Shown here piece by piece: positions 38,227-50,289 of a stretch of DNA of 64,000 nucleotides (within the stretch, counting starts at the first letter, position 1; the number at the start of each line of letters is the position of its first letter). The stretch covers positions 294,500,001 to 294,564,000 of the forward strand of contig OZ024741.1 of the NCBI GenBank assembly GCA_964016885.1. The letters run 5' to 3'. The position numbers and the translations under genes are program-made. Below the pieces are notes generated by a model that ran no database searches, was not told the origin of the DNA, and saw only the letters and a list, made by a program, of their open reading frames with translations. The DNA comes from Eledone cirrhosa. Its lineage: Eukaryota.

Positions 38227-38415
38227 ATTGTTTCTACTTTTGGCACAAGGCCAGCAATTACCCACTGTATTAGTGGTACTTTATTTTATCAACATCATAA
38301 GGATGAAAGGCAAAGTTAACCTCAGTGGGATTTGAACTCAGAATGGCAAGGGCCATAACTCTATGCGTCAAAGCATGGCGTCCGACCCTCTACCGATACT
38401 GCCAATCCACCGCCC
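38227..38415 (-). mobile_element. Nin/Deu-like tRNA SINE
   Basis: Full family sequence. Confidence 0.9.
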
Positions 38416-38552
38416 TTAAAGAAATAATAATAATGAAAATATTGTGTATAGTGCTCAGGTGCACTACAACTCATCAAAAGTGTGTGTATAGTACATAGGG
38501 TAATGTATAAACTTCATGAAAATGAACGGTGCATATATATATATATAATGTG

Positions 38553-39428
38553 GGTGCGGACGATATTTGTTCGCAAGATTACTATCTAGGAAAAAATAAC
38601 ACAGTAGTTTTATTTTTTTATTTATATTTATCAAACTTGGGTCAGTTTGTCTTCATGACTTGTTCTTTCGATCTCACTTGATAAACCCGCCATTGGCTTT
38701 GGTGACGGCCTCAAGGCGGCCTCGGAACCAGCTACAGGCCTTCATCACTGTTCCCCGACTTAGGCCCCTAAAGGCACTTGTGATCCTGGCCTTCAGATCA
38801 TCTTTCGTATTGCAGCTAGATCTGTTGGTGTCTCATTCCACTGCGCCCCACACAAAGAAGTCGAGGGGGTTGCATTCAGGTGAGCTGGAAGGCCAGATGT
38901 CAGGTGAAGTGTAGTCGACGAGGTTTTCTGACAGCCAGGCTTGGGTCTTTCGGCTGGTATGGCAGGGCGCTGAGTCTTGCTGCCACACGTACGGCCTACC
39001 TGAAGCTACCTGGTCGATCCAGGGCTTTACTACATCACTTAGAACATGGATGTAGCCATCGGTGTTCAGCTTGAGGCCCTTAGGGAAGAAGTGAGGTGGC
39101 ATGACGTCACCTTGACTGCTGACGACACCTAAGACCAATGTTGTCACTGGAAACTTTGTCTGCATGGCTCTGGGCACGTCTTTGGATGAGACACCATTCT
39201 GCTGCTGACGCTGAGCAAGTCTGAAATTTCCTTATTTGTCCTCCCGGCACGGATTCCAAGAAGAACTCCGTGTCTCTTCCACAAATTTGGAGCTTCAAAA
39301 TTATTCATAATCAATTATTCTGAAAATAAATAATGGAAATATAGTCACTGTTTTTATGAAGACAAGAGTGACAACGGAAGTAAAAAAAATTTGCATAAAA
39401 TTAGCGAACAAATATCGTCCACACCTTG
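38553..39428 (-). mobile_element. Internally deleted Tc1/mariner transposon, DD37D (maT-type)
   Basis: TIR cores GGTGCGGACGATATTTGTTCGC (38553-38574) / GCGAACAAATATCGTCCACACC (39404-39425) in TA context; transposase fragment WQQD-(37 aa)-DFFVWG. Confidence 0.9.
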
Positions 39429-39981
39429 TATATATATTTATATATATAAAATACATTGTTTACAAAAGTCGCTTATGTTATTTCAGCGGCCATAACTCAC
39501 TCACACAATGAATCAATAAGGTTGCAGTAGTGAAACTGCACCTCGATGTTCAGAGTGCACACATAATAGTTAAATAGTGAGTGTAATAGCTGTGTCTAGG
39601 TAAAGATATTCTATGTATCTAGCTCCTGGACTGATTCTGTTGCTGGGCAATATTCTGCCCACTGACAGTTATTACAACTGCAATGTACAGAAAATTGCAT
39701 ATTATCAGCAGATATTATGCAATTGGGCAAATTCACGTCCTCAGCAGGTAAACACCCAACTCAATACATAGGTCATTAGTGTGTGCATACTAGCATGTAT
39801 TGCTCCGATGATAAATCTAGCAGTCCTATGCTATCATGAGATGTGACCTCTAAAACAATAAAGTAAGGACGTTGTATGAGAAAAAACATGTTATGTTGAG
39901 TAAATTCAAAATGTGGAATTCCCGCCAATATAGAACTCAACGAGTAAGGTGCATATATGTGTGTGTATATATATATATATA

Positions 39982-40877
39982 TCATAATCTATAAAGCTCA
40001 GTGTGTGGTCATGCTCCTTCGTTATAGAAATTTACGATATAGAATTTCTTCAATTGAAATTTACAATTCAGTATTCAAAATAGTTTCGCTTGCGTCTTGA
40101 CGCAGATAATTTTTTCAATTTCACACACAATTACGCAAAAAATAGATAAAACTCAATATTTTACGATTTTTCTCTCTCATTTAAACTGCTGAACTCTTTC
40201 TACTACCATTCAAAATCTATACAACTTCATACTTTCTGCTACTTTCTCTTTCCAAGCTTGATGGTGATACTGTCCGTTCACACCACTCCCTACTGTCTTA
40301 AATTTAGAAAACACATATCCTCTATGAGGTTACTAAACCTGCTAGAAACAGCAGCTAACTCTCCCCCATATCACACCCCTCCCTACTGTCTTAAATTTAG
40401 AAAACATATCTTCTATGAGGTCACTAAACCTGCTAGAAACAGCAGCTAACTCTCCCCCACATCACACCACTCCCTACTGTCTTAAAGTTAGAAAACACAT
40501 ATCCTCTATGAGGTCACTAAACCTGCTAGAAACAACAGCTAACTCTCCCTCATATCACAACCCTCCCTACTGTCTTAAATTTAGAAAACACACAGACAAC
40601 CATGCAGAACAACTCCATCGCAGCTCTGTTGTTCGGCTGGCATCGTCTACGCGCGTGTTACGCAAGTACTGTGAAACAATAAATTTCAACACTTTTTTGC
40701 ACAGAGATAATATCCATAGGCGAAACTACAATTGTCACTGCTGGCACAGCTCATGCTTCCAGGTCTGCAATTCATTCACCCAGTGCCTGGCAGACAAAAA
40801 AGTGCTGCCATAAAATGGGTGGTGCAACCTAACTTTGGTAACTTAATGACCCCGAGCAATGCCGGGCTTTAATGCTA

Positions 40878-40878
<1 letters not shown>
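39982..40878 (+). mobile_element. Probable non-autonomous Helitron
   Basis: 5' A^TC..TCTATAAAGCTC start; 3' hairpin CCCGAGCAATGCCGGG (40851-40866), then CTAG^T (40875-40879); inserted in (TA)n. Confidence 0.6.
40278..40592. repeat. Tandem repeat, about 89 bp x 3.5, inside the Helitron
   Basis: CCCTACTGTCTTAAATTTAGAAAACACATATCCTCTATGAGGTCACTAAACCTGCTAGAAACAGCAGCTAACTCTCCC repeated. Confidence 0.9.
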
Positions 40879-40945
<67 letters not shown>

Positions 40946-41176
40946 TGTATAGATATAAAAGTAAATGGAAATAGCAAAGCAAACAACACAGTACAATGTA
41001 GAAATATATTAGTTTAATGCATGATATAGTTGGACAGAGTCTTTACATTTCGGACACTAGTCCTCCACCAGAAGATAGAATGTGAAATAAAAGATGAAAT
41101 AGAAAAATAGACAGTGTGAACGGGAAGGAATGCAAAAACAAATTGAGAAAAACACTGTATATACATATATATATAT

Positions 41177-41261
<85 letters not shown>

Positions 41262-41265
<4 letters not shown>

Positions 41266-41933
41266 AGTACATCAGGGTTCGGTCCTCAGCCCGCTCTTGT
41301 TCATTATAGTCCTCCAAGCCATAACAGAGGAGTTTAAGACTGGCATGGGAGGAGGGTGTTCCGAGGCCATAGTATCTAGAATAAGGACAGGTTGGAAGAA
41401 GTTTAGGGAGCTGCTTCCTCTGTTGATGAAGAAGGGTTTCTCCCTGCGTATGAAAGGCCGGTTGTATGATGCCTGTGTGAGGAGCGCGATGCTGCATGGT
41501 AGTGAGACATGGGCAGCAACTGCAGTGGATATGCGACGGCTGGAGAGAAATGAGGCAAGCATGCTCCGTTGGATGTGCAGTGTAAATGTGCGTGAACAAC
41601 CCAGCATAAATGTGTTGAGAGTGAAACTGTCTGAGAGGGATAGAATGTAGTGTATGGGAGAGGAGACTGAGGTGGTATGGACATGTGATGCGCATGGAGG
41701 ATGACCGATGGGTGAAGAAGTGCCAGGAATTGCCAGTTGAAGGAAGACGTGGTAGAGGTAGACCACGAAAAACATGGACGGAGGTGGTGAGAACAGACCT
41801 CAGATCATTGAAGCTCACGGGGGAGATGACGAGGGACCGTGACGAGTGGAGAGATGCTGTGCTGAATAAGACCCGTCCCACCCTTGCAAGCAGGGAAAAG
41901 CGGACGTAAAATGATGATGATGATGATGATGAT
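41262..41933 (+). mobile_element. RTE LINE 3' copy with internal deletion
   Basis: Same family as 35216-38028; EEFKTG is joined directly to MGGGCSEA; (GAT)n tail; (TA)n flanks. Confidence 0.95.
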
Positions 41934-42050
41934 ATATATATACCAACTCATAATATTATATTATAAAATTAAATCAAACATTTTTTAACACTACAAGTGA
42001 AGTCATTCTTTTCCTTTTTTCAAATATATATATATATATGTATATATATA

Positions 42051-42494
42051 TGTAAGTATGTATGTATACGTACATACATATATGTATACAGACGTACAGT
42101 AGCATGCATATATATATATATATAGACATATGCATACAGGTACACATACATATATGCACGCATCAGTTTAGCCGACGTTTATTATAACGCAGCTTTGTTC
42201 GCTTATTTGTCAACAAACCGAACAGCCTGAATATATATTTTCATAAGGAAAGTATATACTTTCGAACGTTCAACTATCTGGCAGATGGGTAAACGGTGCT
42301 GATGATAGCTAACAAGCTTGAAACTAGTACATCGTTCCTGTGTCAGTGTTGAACAAAAAGGTGACGTGGTTGCCTTAACACCGTATGGCATAAATTCAGG
42401 CTGTTCGGTTTGTTGACAAACAAGCGAACAAAGCTGCGTTATAATAAACGTCGGCTAAACTGATGCGTGCATATATGTATGTGTACCTGTATGC

Positions 42495-42539
<45 letters not shown>

Positions 42540-42655
42540 TGCTACTGTACGTCTGTATACATATATGTATATACGTATACATACATACTTACATTTAAGT
42601 AAGTGCCATACTAAGAGTGAGAAATGAAATTTCGTTTTCATTTTTTTTTTCAACT
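42051..42655 (+). mobile_element. Fold-back mini-element with hammerhead in the spacer (family C)
   Basis: Arms 42051-42232 / 42394-42593, spacer containing the HHR, short tail, (TA)n flanks. Confidence 0.8.
42292..42336 (+). ncRNA. Minimal type I hammerhead ribozyme motif
   Basis: AACGGTG-CTGATGA-tAGCTaacaAGCTt-GAAA-CTAG-TA^CATCGTT: 7-bp stem I with one G-U, palindromic stem III. Confidence 0.8.
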
Positions 42656-42720
<65 letters not shown>

Positions 42721-42750
42721 TTATATATATATATATATACATATATATAA

Positions 42751-42846
<96 letters not shown>

Positions 42847-42848
<2 letters not shown>

Positions 42849-43048
42849 TAAAATAACAGATTAAAGTTTAAGCAAAGAATAGCTGAAACTAGTTTCAGAA
42901 GATTCTGTTGAGGGTGAAAGCAGCGATTCTTTGCTTAAACTTTAATCTGTTATTTTAATGAATATTTGCTCTAGGATTCTTATATATTTGATATATATTT
43001 ATCCTTATCGAGCTCTCTTTGGATTTTAGTCTTCATGTGTATTAGTAT

Positions 43049-43052
<4 letters not shown>
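42847..43052 (+). repeat. Fold-back insert in (TA)n (34-bp arms plus tail)
   Basis: 42847-42880 / 42926-42959; related unfolded copy at 57000-57075. Confidence 0.8.
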
Positions 43053-43140
<88 letters not shown>

Positions 43141-43509
43141 AGAGAGAGGGAGAAAGAAAGAGATAGATAGATACTCAGGCAGACAGATGATTCTCTTTAT
43201 TTAATTCAAAAGAGTTTCATAATTTGCTTTGAAAAACCATTGTTTCCTTCATTACCTACTGCAAATTTTGGTATGTAATCATATGAGTCCTCCCCCACTG
43301 CAATATACCACTAATTAGCTGGGGTACCATATCAGAGATAATCTCATCATGTTGCTGCATTGCCACCATTAATATCATCATCATAATGACACAAATATGA
43401 TATGAAAATTTACAGGTAAAGGGAAAAAACTGCAATCAAATAGTAAACGTTTTATATGTCAAGGTATGTCTGCATGCCTGCATGTGAAAATGCATGGATA
43501 AACACCATT

Positions 43510-43530
43510 TATTATATATATATAGACATA

Positions 43531-43592
<62 letters not shown>

Positions 43593-43757
43593 GTTATATG
43601 TATATGAATATACATGTATATATATGTAAATATATGTGTATATGTACATATATGTGTGTATATATATATATATACATATGTATGTTTGTATTATATATAT
43701 TGATATATATATATATGTATATATATTTATATATATATACATACATATATATACCTG

Positions 43758-43792
<35 letters not shown>

Positions 43793-43834
43793 TATATATA
43801 TGTATATATATTTATATATATATACCTATATATA

Positions 43835-43893
<59 letters not shown>

Positions 43894-43896
43894 GTG

Positions 43897-43976
<80 letters not shown>

Positions 43977-44018
43977 TATATATATATATATACACAGATA
44001 TATATATGTATATATATC

Positions 44019-44070
<52 letters not shown>
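43510..44070. repeat. Long compound (TA)n microsatellite
   Basis: Direct reading. Confidence 0.95.
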
Positions 44071-44072
<2 letters not shown>

Positions 44073-44562
44073 TAAATATAAGCATCGACTTTTGCCCGCT
44101 TGTATATATATATATGTGTGTCTGTACGTATGTACTTGTATTTAAATGAACATTGGTTTAGCATTGTGTATATATTTGGTTCAGTGAGTTGGTTTCTGTA
44201 ATAATAAAGGTGACAAACAGGAGAGAGTTGCTGCTCTTGCAAAATATATGGCCCCCATTGTTAATTAACTGATAAACTTTCATTTGAAATGTTGAACGGT
44301 ATGTGTGCAAAATATTTGATTTTCTTTTTCAGAATGTGAAATAGTTACCACAAATACATGTATATATCTGTGTATGTATGTGTTTACACATACACATACA
44401 CGCACGTATATATATATATATGCATATATACATATGTCAAACAAAGCCGTACGTTAAAACTATCCACGATGCAGAGTACTCACAAGCTCTAACTGGATTA
44501 CTTATAATGATAACTTGTTATCCCATATATATATATGTTTGCATATATATGTGCATATATAC

Positions 44563-44620
<58 letters not shown>

Positions 44621-44661
44621 TTGTATATATATCTACATATACATATATATATATATATAAT

Positions 44662-44929
44662 ATATAAGAACAAAAGGTGGTTAAAAGAGTTCCATGTATT
44701 TTATTATGCGCATTTCAAAAACAAATATCATCATGCAATAATATTTGTGTTTTCATCAGATAAAATAGGAAGACATGATATGAAGGTTAAAAAACACTTG
44801 TGGATAGTGCAGTTTTAAATCAACATCTTTTGTTCTTATATATTATGTATACTCCAGTCCTACAAACTGTAGAGTGCTTCTTATCCGATATCTGCATTGC
44901 TTTACTGTACTACAATAAAACTCACCTCC

Positions 44930-44934
<5 letters not shown>
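44662..44934 (-). mobile_element. PLE-A-derived mini-element with hammerhead
   Basis: Inverted HHR segment joined at AAATCAACAT to the forward PLE-A tail; (TA)n flanks. Confidence 0.85.
44697..44767 (-). ncRNA. Type I hammerhead ribozyme motif (PLE-A family)
   Basis: Same 71-nt motif as 7337-7407 with one G-U to A-U change in stem II. Confidence 0.8.
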
Positions 44935-44987
<53 letters not shown>

Positions 44988-45194
44988 ATTTCTGAATTTG
45001 TTTAGCAAGATTCTTTATCTGAAAATGTGTGTTGAAACCGATATTGTTATACTTTGGGAGAGTCATGTTGCCAATAAGAAACACACACACCAGTTGCTTT
45101 CATTTCAATTTATTATAATAAATTTATAAATTTAGGAATTTATAAATTTCCGGTTGGTTGGTTGGTTCCACAACCAGATGGTTGTTTATATATT

Positions 45195-45237
45195 GTCAAA
45201 GTTCTTTCGTCACACATTATGTGACCTCTTCAGTGAC
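45195..45237 (-). ncRNA. Minimal type I hammerhead ribozyme motif in the PLE-B 3' UTR
   Basis: Minus strand GTCA-CTGAAGA-g-GTCACATaatGTGTGAC-GAAA-GAAC-TT^TGAC; stem I only 4 bp. Confidence 0.7.
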
Positions 45238-45434
45238 TGGGGATTCTTTTCTTTGTTTTTGTGCCTCTACTTTGTTTTGTCCTACGCCATCTTGTTTCTG
45301 TGTGTTATGTGCTCAGTCTGCGCATGCGCCACATCCGGGTGTCTGTGTGTGTTTATATTCATTTATTTATTTGTTTATTTACATGTTACTGGTTGGTTGT
45401 TTGTTCTATGTGCGTGTGTGTTTTCATTCTGTCC

Positions 45435-48400
45435 TTAATTGTAAGTTGTGATGTTGCTGTTCCACCCATGTTTTCTATTTAATTTTGGTTGGAGTTCATT
45501 TATGTTTATTGCCTCTGTGATTTGTCTAAACATTGCGTCTTTTCTGTGTGTAGATTCTATTTTTATTTCTATGTTCTCTAATTTACCCTTATGTTCTATT
45601 TTAGCATTTTGGTAGAGTACAGATGATTCTTTACTATCTTGAAGGTCTCGCCAGTGTTCATTTATCCGTTCCCCTATACTACGAGCTGTCTCACCTATGT
45701 ACACTATATTTTTATCTCTACATTGTTCTTCAGTACATCTTATGCTATATACTACATTTCTAGTTTTACAGTTAATATCGGGGCTTAATTTACAGATTAT
45801 ACATTTCTTATCTATACAGGGAGGTCTTTGAAAAGGGTATGTCTTACTAATAAGTGTTTTTATGGAGGTACCTGGTCTTTCTACTATCTTAATATTGAGT
45901 TTATGTTTATCTAGGGCCCTTCTAAATTTGTAAGCTAATTCACCTCTAGGGGTTGTATCGATGAACATTACACTCTGGTATTTATTGCTATCATACCATG
46001 AGTTTATTCTATTAGCCTTATTCCTAGTTCTTTCTATTCTATTCCAAAATTTGCTCCTATACAAGGGGCAGGTCCCATTTGTGTCATTATTTACCATTTT
46101 TTCCTATTTGGTTCTGGCTCCTCTATATACTCTGATTTTATCTCTCTGATTGTAACCAGAGAACTGCATACGGTGGATGAAGTGTTGTATGTGTCTCTCT
46201 AGTTCTTCGGTGTTGCACATGCGGGACACGTTTCTCATCACCTGTACCAAATCCGCAATCAGTATGTTGATTTTGGTATGGTCCGAAACAGCTGAGTTTC
46301 GGTGGATCAGATATTTGGAAGTCATGGGTTTGGCATAATGGGAATGGAGGATTTGTTTTTTGTTATTAATGGTATCTAACCAGAGCTCTGTGTCTAGTAT
46401 GGGTAATCGATGGTTGGGGTGCTTGCTTGGGTAGTCTATAGTAACTCTAATACTCTGGTGGATGGAGTTAGCCATTTGCTGGATGCTTTCCATTGTGTTT
46501 TTCTCTAATTCCTGACTGTTCTCTAGTGGGGGTGTTTTAACTACAATGTTTATATCATCAACGTAGCGGGAGTACATTATCAGGGTTAAGGGGTCTTCTA
46601 ATTGTTCTTTAAGTTTAAGTTTAAGTCTACTGTCCCACCATACCATGAATAGGTTAGCTATGTCGCCTGCAATGCTAACACCAATGGCTGCTCCCTCCTC
46701 TTGGGCATATGTTTTTCCATTAAATTTGAACATATGTTCCTTAAGGGTTAATTTTATGCTGGCCCCCACCGCATGTGCAATCATTTTCTTTAGTTTATCG
46801 TGGTTTTCGGGGGTCCGTATGGCTCTGGTCCACCCATTCCATCTATCTGTGTGGGTTTTCTTGGCCATTGAGGTAATGGTAGGTGGTCTGCCTCTTGCTG
46901 GTCTTGTAGGGCACAGGTTGCTAAGGTCATATGTATCTAGATAATTATTACTATAGGTAAGTTTAAGTAGGAGTCCCAGCTCACTGGTATCAATCCCACT
47001 GAATTCAAGATTGCTCTCACTGATCATTTCTACGCATTTCTCCACAGCAAAATCCACGTCAATAAATGGATACAGGGACACAACATCTATACTACCTATT
47101 ATGCAGTCAGTTAGGTCCCTAGATCAGTTACCCTCGCCGATTATGCTGAGGAGGTCCTCCATGCTGTCACATACATCTGGGGACATTTCAATGATGGGGC
47201 ATATGATCAGGGAGAGGAAGTAGGACAGTCTGTAGTTACTAGCAATGTTAGCTCCACAGACTGGCCGTGTTGGTGGTCCTGTGACAGGGTCACTGCTATT
47301 TCATGGTCTTTTCGAAGCCCATACAACGCTGGCACGTCATTGTTCCAGGCCTGGAAGTTGTTGACAGTCCTTTTGTTGGGCTGCATTATATTTGTCCACA
47401 TATTCATATGGGCATTGAGGGCTTTTTCTCTATCCTCATGCCCTTGTGGTGTTACTTCTCTTGTGTTAGTGATGTGGGGTTGCATTGCCTGGATGTAGTT
47501 TGGCAGACTGTCAACCGACATTCTGCCAGACTTGTCTGTTGGAAAGCATGCTATCTCTCCATTACGCGAATGCTGCATGAGCTTACGCAAGCCATTTGCA
47601 GATTTTTCTCCCAGTTACTGAGCCTCCATTCTATTATGCTTCTTGCTATACTGTTCTATAATATTTCTAAGTTTAGATCTAGCTATACTAAATTGTGCTT
47701 TTATTTGTTCATCGACCTGCGATGGCAATTGCGTGCATTTGTTAAAAGCTAAAGTCATGGCGTGGACTCGTCGCAGGTCGAACGACTTATCGGAGAGATT
47801 ATAAAAAGTAGAGTTCCAGGCTGCTACTTTATGTGTACTAGTGCTATTGTTATTGTTAGTTGTGTTGTTTCTATTTCTATTTCCACCAACAGCCTCATGG
47901 TTGTTTCTATGTCTCTCATTATTACTCCTGTCTCTTTCCTCTGGCTCATTGTTATTATTTACTCTATTTTGTGTGTCTGTGTGTTCGTCTTGGTTATTTT
48001 CTGTCCATAGTCTACCTCTCCTTTCAATCCTATTACCTTCCCTTATTTCTGTGCTACTGTCATTACCTGTTTTCTGTGTCTGTGTGTTTAAGATTGTGGT
48101 GGTGGTGAGAGGCATTGAATGTGTGTGTGTTCTTGTTGTTGTTATTGATGTGTGCTGTTGTTGATTGTGTGGTTGTTGTTGTCTCTGTGTATGTTATTAT
48201 TGTTGTGTGTTGTTATTGTTGTTTGTGTCTGCGTGTCTGTTGTTGTTTCTGAGTATGTTATTATTGTTGATGTGTGTGTTGTTGTTATTGTTGTTTGTGT
48301 CTGTGTGTCTGTTGTTGTTGGGCTGTGTGTTGTATATCTGTGTGTGTGTGCGTATGTTGTTACTTTTGTTTTTGTTTTTGTTTTTGAGGCTCCAACGTAA

Positions 48401-48690
48401 TTTTGTAAAAGATTTTTCTATTTCTGACAAGTATTTAATCATATTTACCTTATTAAATGTGGCATACTTAGGTGGCAGTTGTAATATGGATAGTTCATCA
48501 GAGTCGACCGTAGTGTTGCCGTATATATTTGTGTTGATGTTGTTGAATTCATCTGTTAATGAGATATCGGGCATATTTACCGTCAATTTTGTCGGGATAT
48601 CTATTCATATTCTCTAAAGTATCTTGATTTAGTTTTATCTGTTTGAGCCACTTTAGTTTCTTGTTAAAGTGCTTGTCACATTCTTGAACA
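45435..48690 (-). pseudogene. PLE reverse transcriptase-GIY-YIG ORF, disrupted
   Basis: In-frame TAG (46104), TGA (47124) and TAA (47615), and a frameshift near 47300. Confidence 0.9.
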
Positions 48691-48949
48691 ATGTACTTTT
48701 CTATATATATATGTTTATATATAAATCTCTATTTTTGAGTCCCTCATTACATAACAATAATTTTGAATTAGTTGTTTATATATATGTGTGGATGTGTATT
48801 CATATTGAATAGATTTACTAAGTTAAACGTCTGTCACCTATGGAAATAAGCCAAAAGTTAAGGTTTTAAGATGCAAATAGAATCTAATGAAATTTTATCA
48901 TAATTTCTCACCTTGTAATAATTATATTTTAAGTTGTTACCAAAGAACA

Positions 48950-49920
48950 AAATAATAATAATTATAATAATAATGATTTCATTTATTAGCCACAAGGGCT
49001 GACATGTAGGGGACAATACAAAGACAGGGACAGTGGGAGTTTACAATAAGGTCGAGTAAAAGTGCACAATGGCAAGACTAATTTAACAATGAAAATATAA
49101 AAATATAAAATAAACTATGCATAAATATAACAAAATAAATTCCCCGATAGGGGGTGGACGACCCTGGGGTGATTTGGGTACCCCACCAATCCTGAACCAC
49201 CCTGCGCTTCTAGGGCACCCAGGGAGAGGACCCCTCTCCTCAAGTTAGCCAGCCTATAGGTGCATGGTCAGAGCCATTCTCGCCACATTCACCCACCTTT
49301 TAGCAAATGTACTGGGGGGCAACACTTCTCTCTCCACCCTCACCCTCCTTTCCAGGTGAAACTTGAAGAAGTTGATGAGGGATTGGCCGAAGAGAAAAGT
49401 GTCTGTCTTTAGTGCTTTCAACCTGGTCCACCATATAATCTCTTTCGCAACTGCCACCAGACAGAGGAAAATGTCCTGCTCTTCCTGACCTAAGGAAAGT
49501 GGCGGCTCGATCTTCACTATGGACTCGGCCGATAGCCGGATTTGTTCCACATGCGACAGTAGCTGTTCGACATAACTCCACAAGTCAGTAATGCACGGAC
49601 ATTGGACAAGTGCGTGCAGAATGGTTTCATCGTTCTGTGCGCATCTTGGGCAGGTCCGTCTGACAGCACTTCCGTGCCTGTAGAGTTTATCCCGAACCGG
49701 CAGTGCCCCCCAGTAGCACTGCCAAGCGAGGGATTTCTGAAAATTGTCCATCGTCCCCGGCTCAAAAGTCCTCCAGTACAGACTGGTCAGTTCGACTTCG
49801 TCGAGGCCCAAAGCTTCTCCGAGTGCGTCATCGCACTTGCCCACCACTAATCCTCTATAGAACTCGAGAGTGGAAGTCCCACTGATCGCATTGCCCGCTT
49901 GGTAGAGGGCAGTGAGTGCC
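48950..49920 (-). mobile_element. L1/Tx1-like LINE 3' end (zf-RVT region, 3' UTR, (TTA)n tail)
   Basis: LAWQCYWGALPVRDKL..CPRC..ETILHALVQC zinc knuckle in ORF 49254-49847. Confidence 0.85.
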
Positions 49921-50155
49921 TAATAATTGGGAGCAATTAGAAGGAGGTTGAATGCATGACTTGAGAAGCTAGGAATTACTATCAGGGCAGGATTGTTGCA
50001 GAAAATAGCCTTGCTTGGAACAGCAAGAATTCTAAGAAATGAGTTGAAAAGTTGAAGGAGAAGGAACGACCCAAAGGGCCATTGGCTATGGCTCGCTCTT
50101 TTAGTATAGTGTTGGTATAACATCTGCCAGAACAAAAGCATTATGAATAATAATT
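49921..50155 (+). mobile_element. RLE-type (R4/Dong-like) LINE 3' remnant
   Basis: Reads LEKLGITIRAGLLQKIALLGTARILRNELKS*. Confidence 0.75.
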
Positions 50156-50289
50156 TTTTTCTACTTTAGATACGAGGCCAGCAATTTGAAGCGGAGGGCA
50201 AAGTTGATTAAATCAACCCTAGTGCATTACTGATGCTTTATTTATCGACCCTGTAATGATGAAATAATAGTAATAATATAATGTTTGTT

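Larger units (their letters stand above)
44985..48701 (-). mobile_element. Penelope-like retroelement (PLE-B), near full-length, decayed
   Basis: N-terminal LQLPPKY, DKSG, LYGLRKDH, RT motifs DVVSLYP / QEEGAAIG / YSRYVDD, CX4CX2C linker, C-terminal GIY-YIG (VVYSIRC..YIGETAR); 3' UTR with HHR; (TA)n flanks. Confidence 0.95.

Noticed and set aside
41340-41348. RTE internal deletion as a spliced intron
   Set aside because: No register of the junction gives GT-AG or GC-AG ends.
42905-42925. CTGTTGAGGGTGAAA as a minimal hammerhead core
   Set aside because: A6 is replaced, the 57 kb copy reads CTGTTAA, and stems I and III do not form.
47124-47126. In-frame TGA in the PLE-B RT as selenocysteine (as in Naiad PLEs)
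   Set aside because: The element also has TAG, TAA and a frameshift, and its endonuclease is C-terminal; CGA-to-TGA decay is the simpler explanation.
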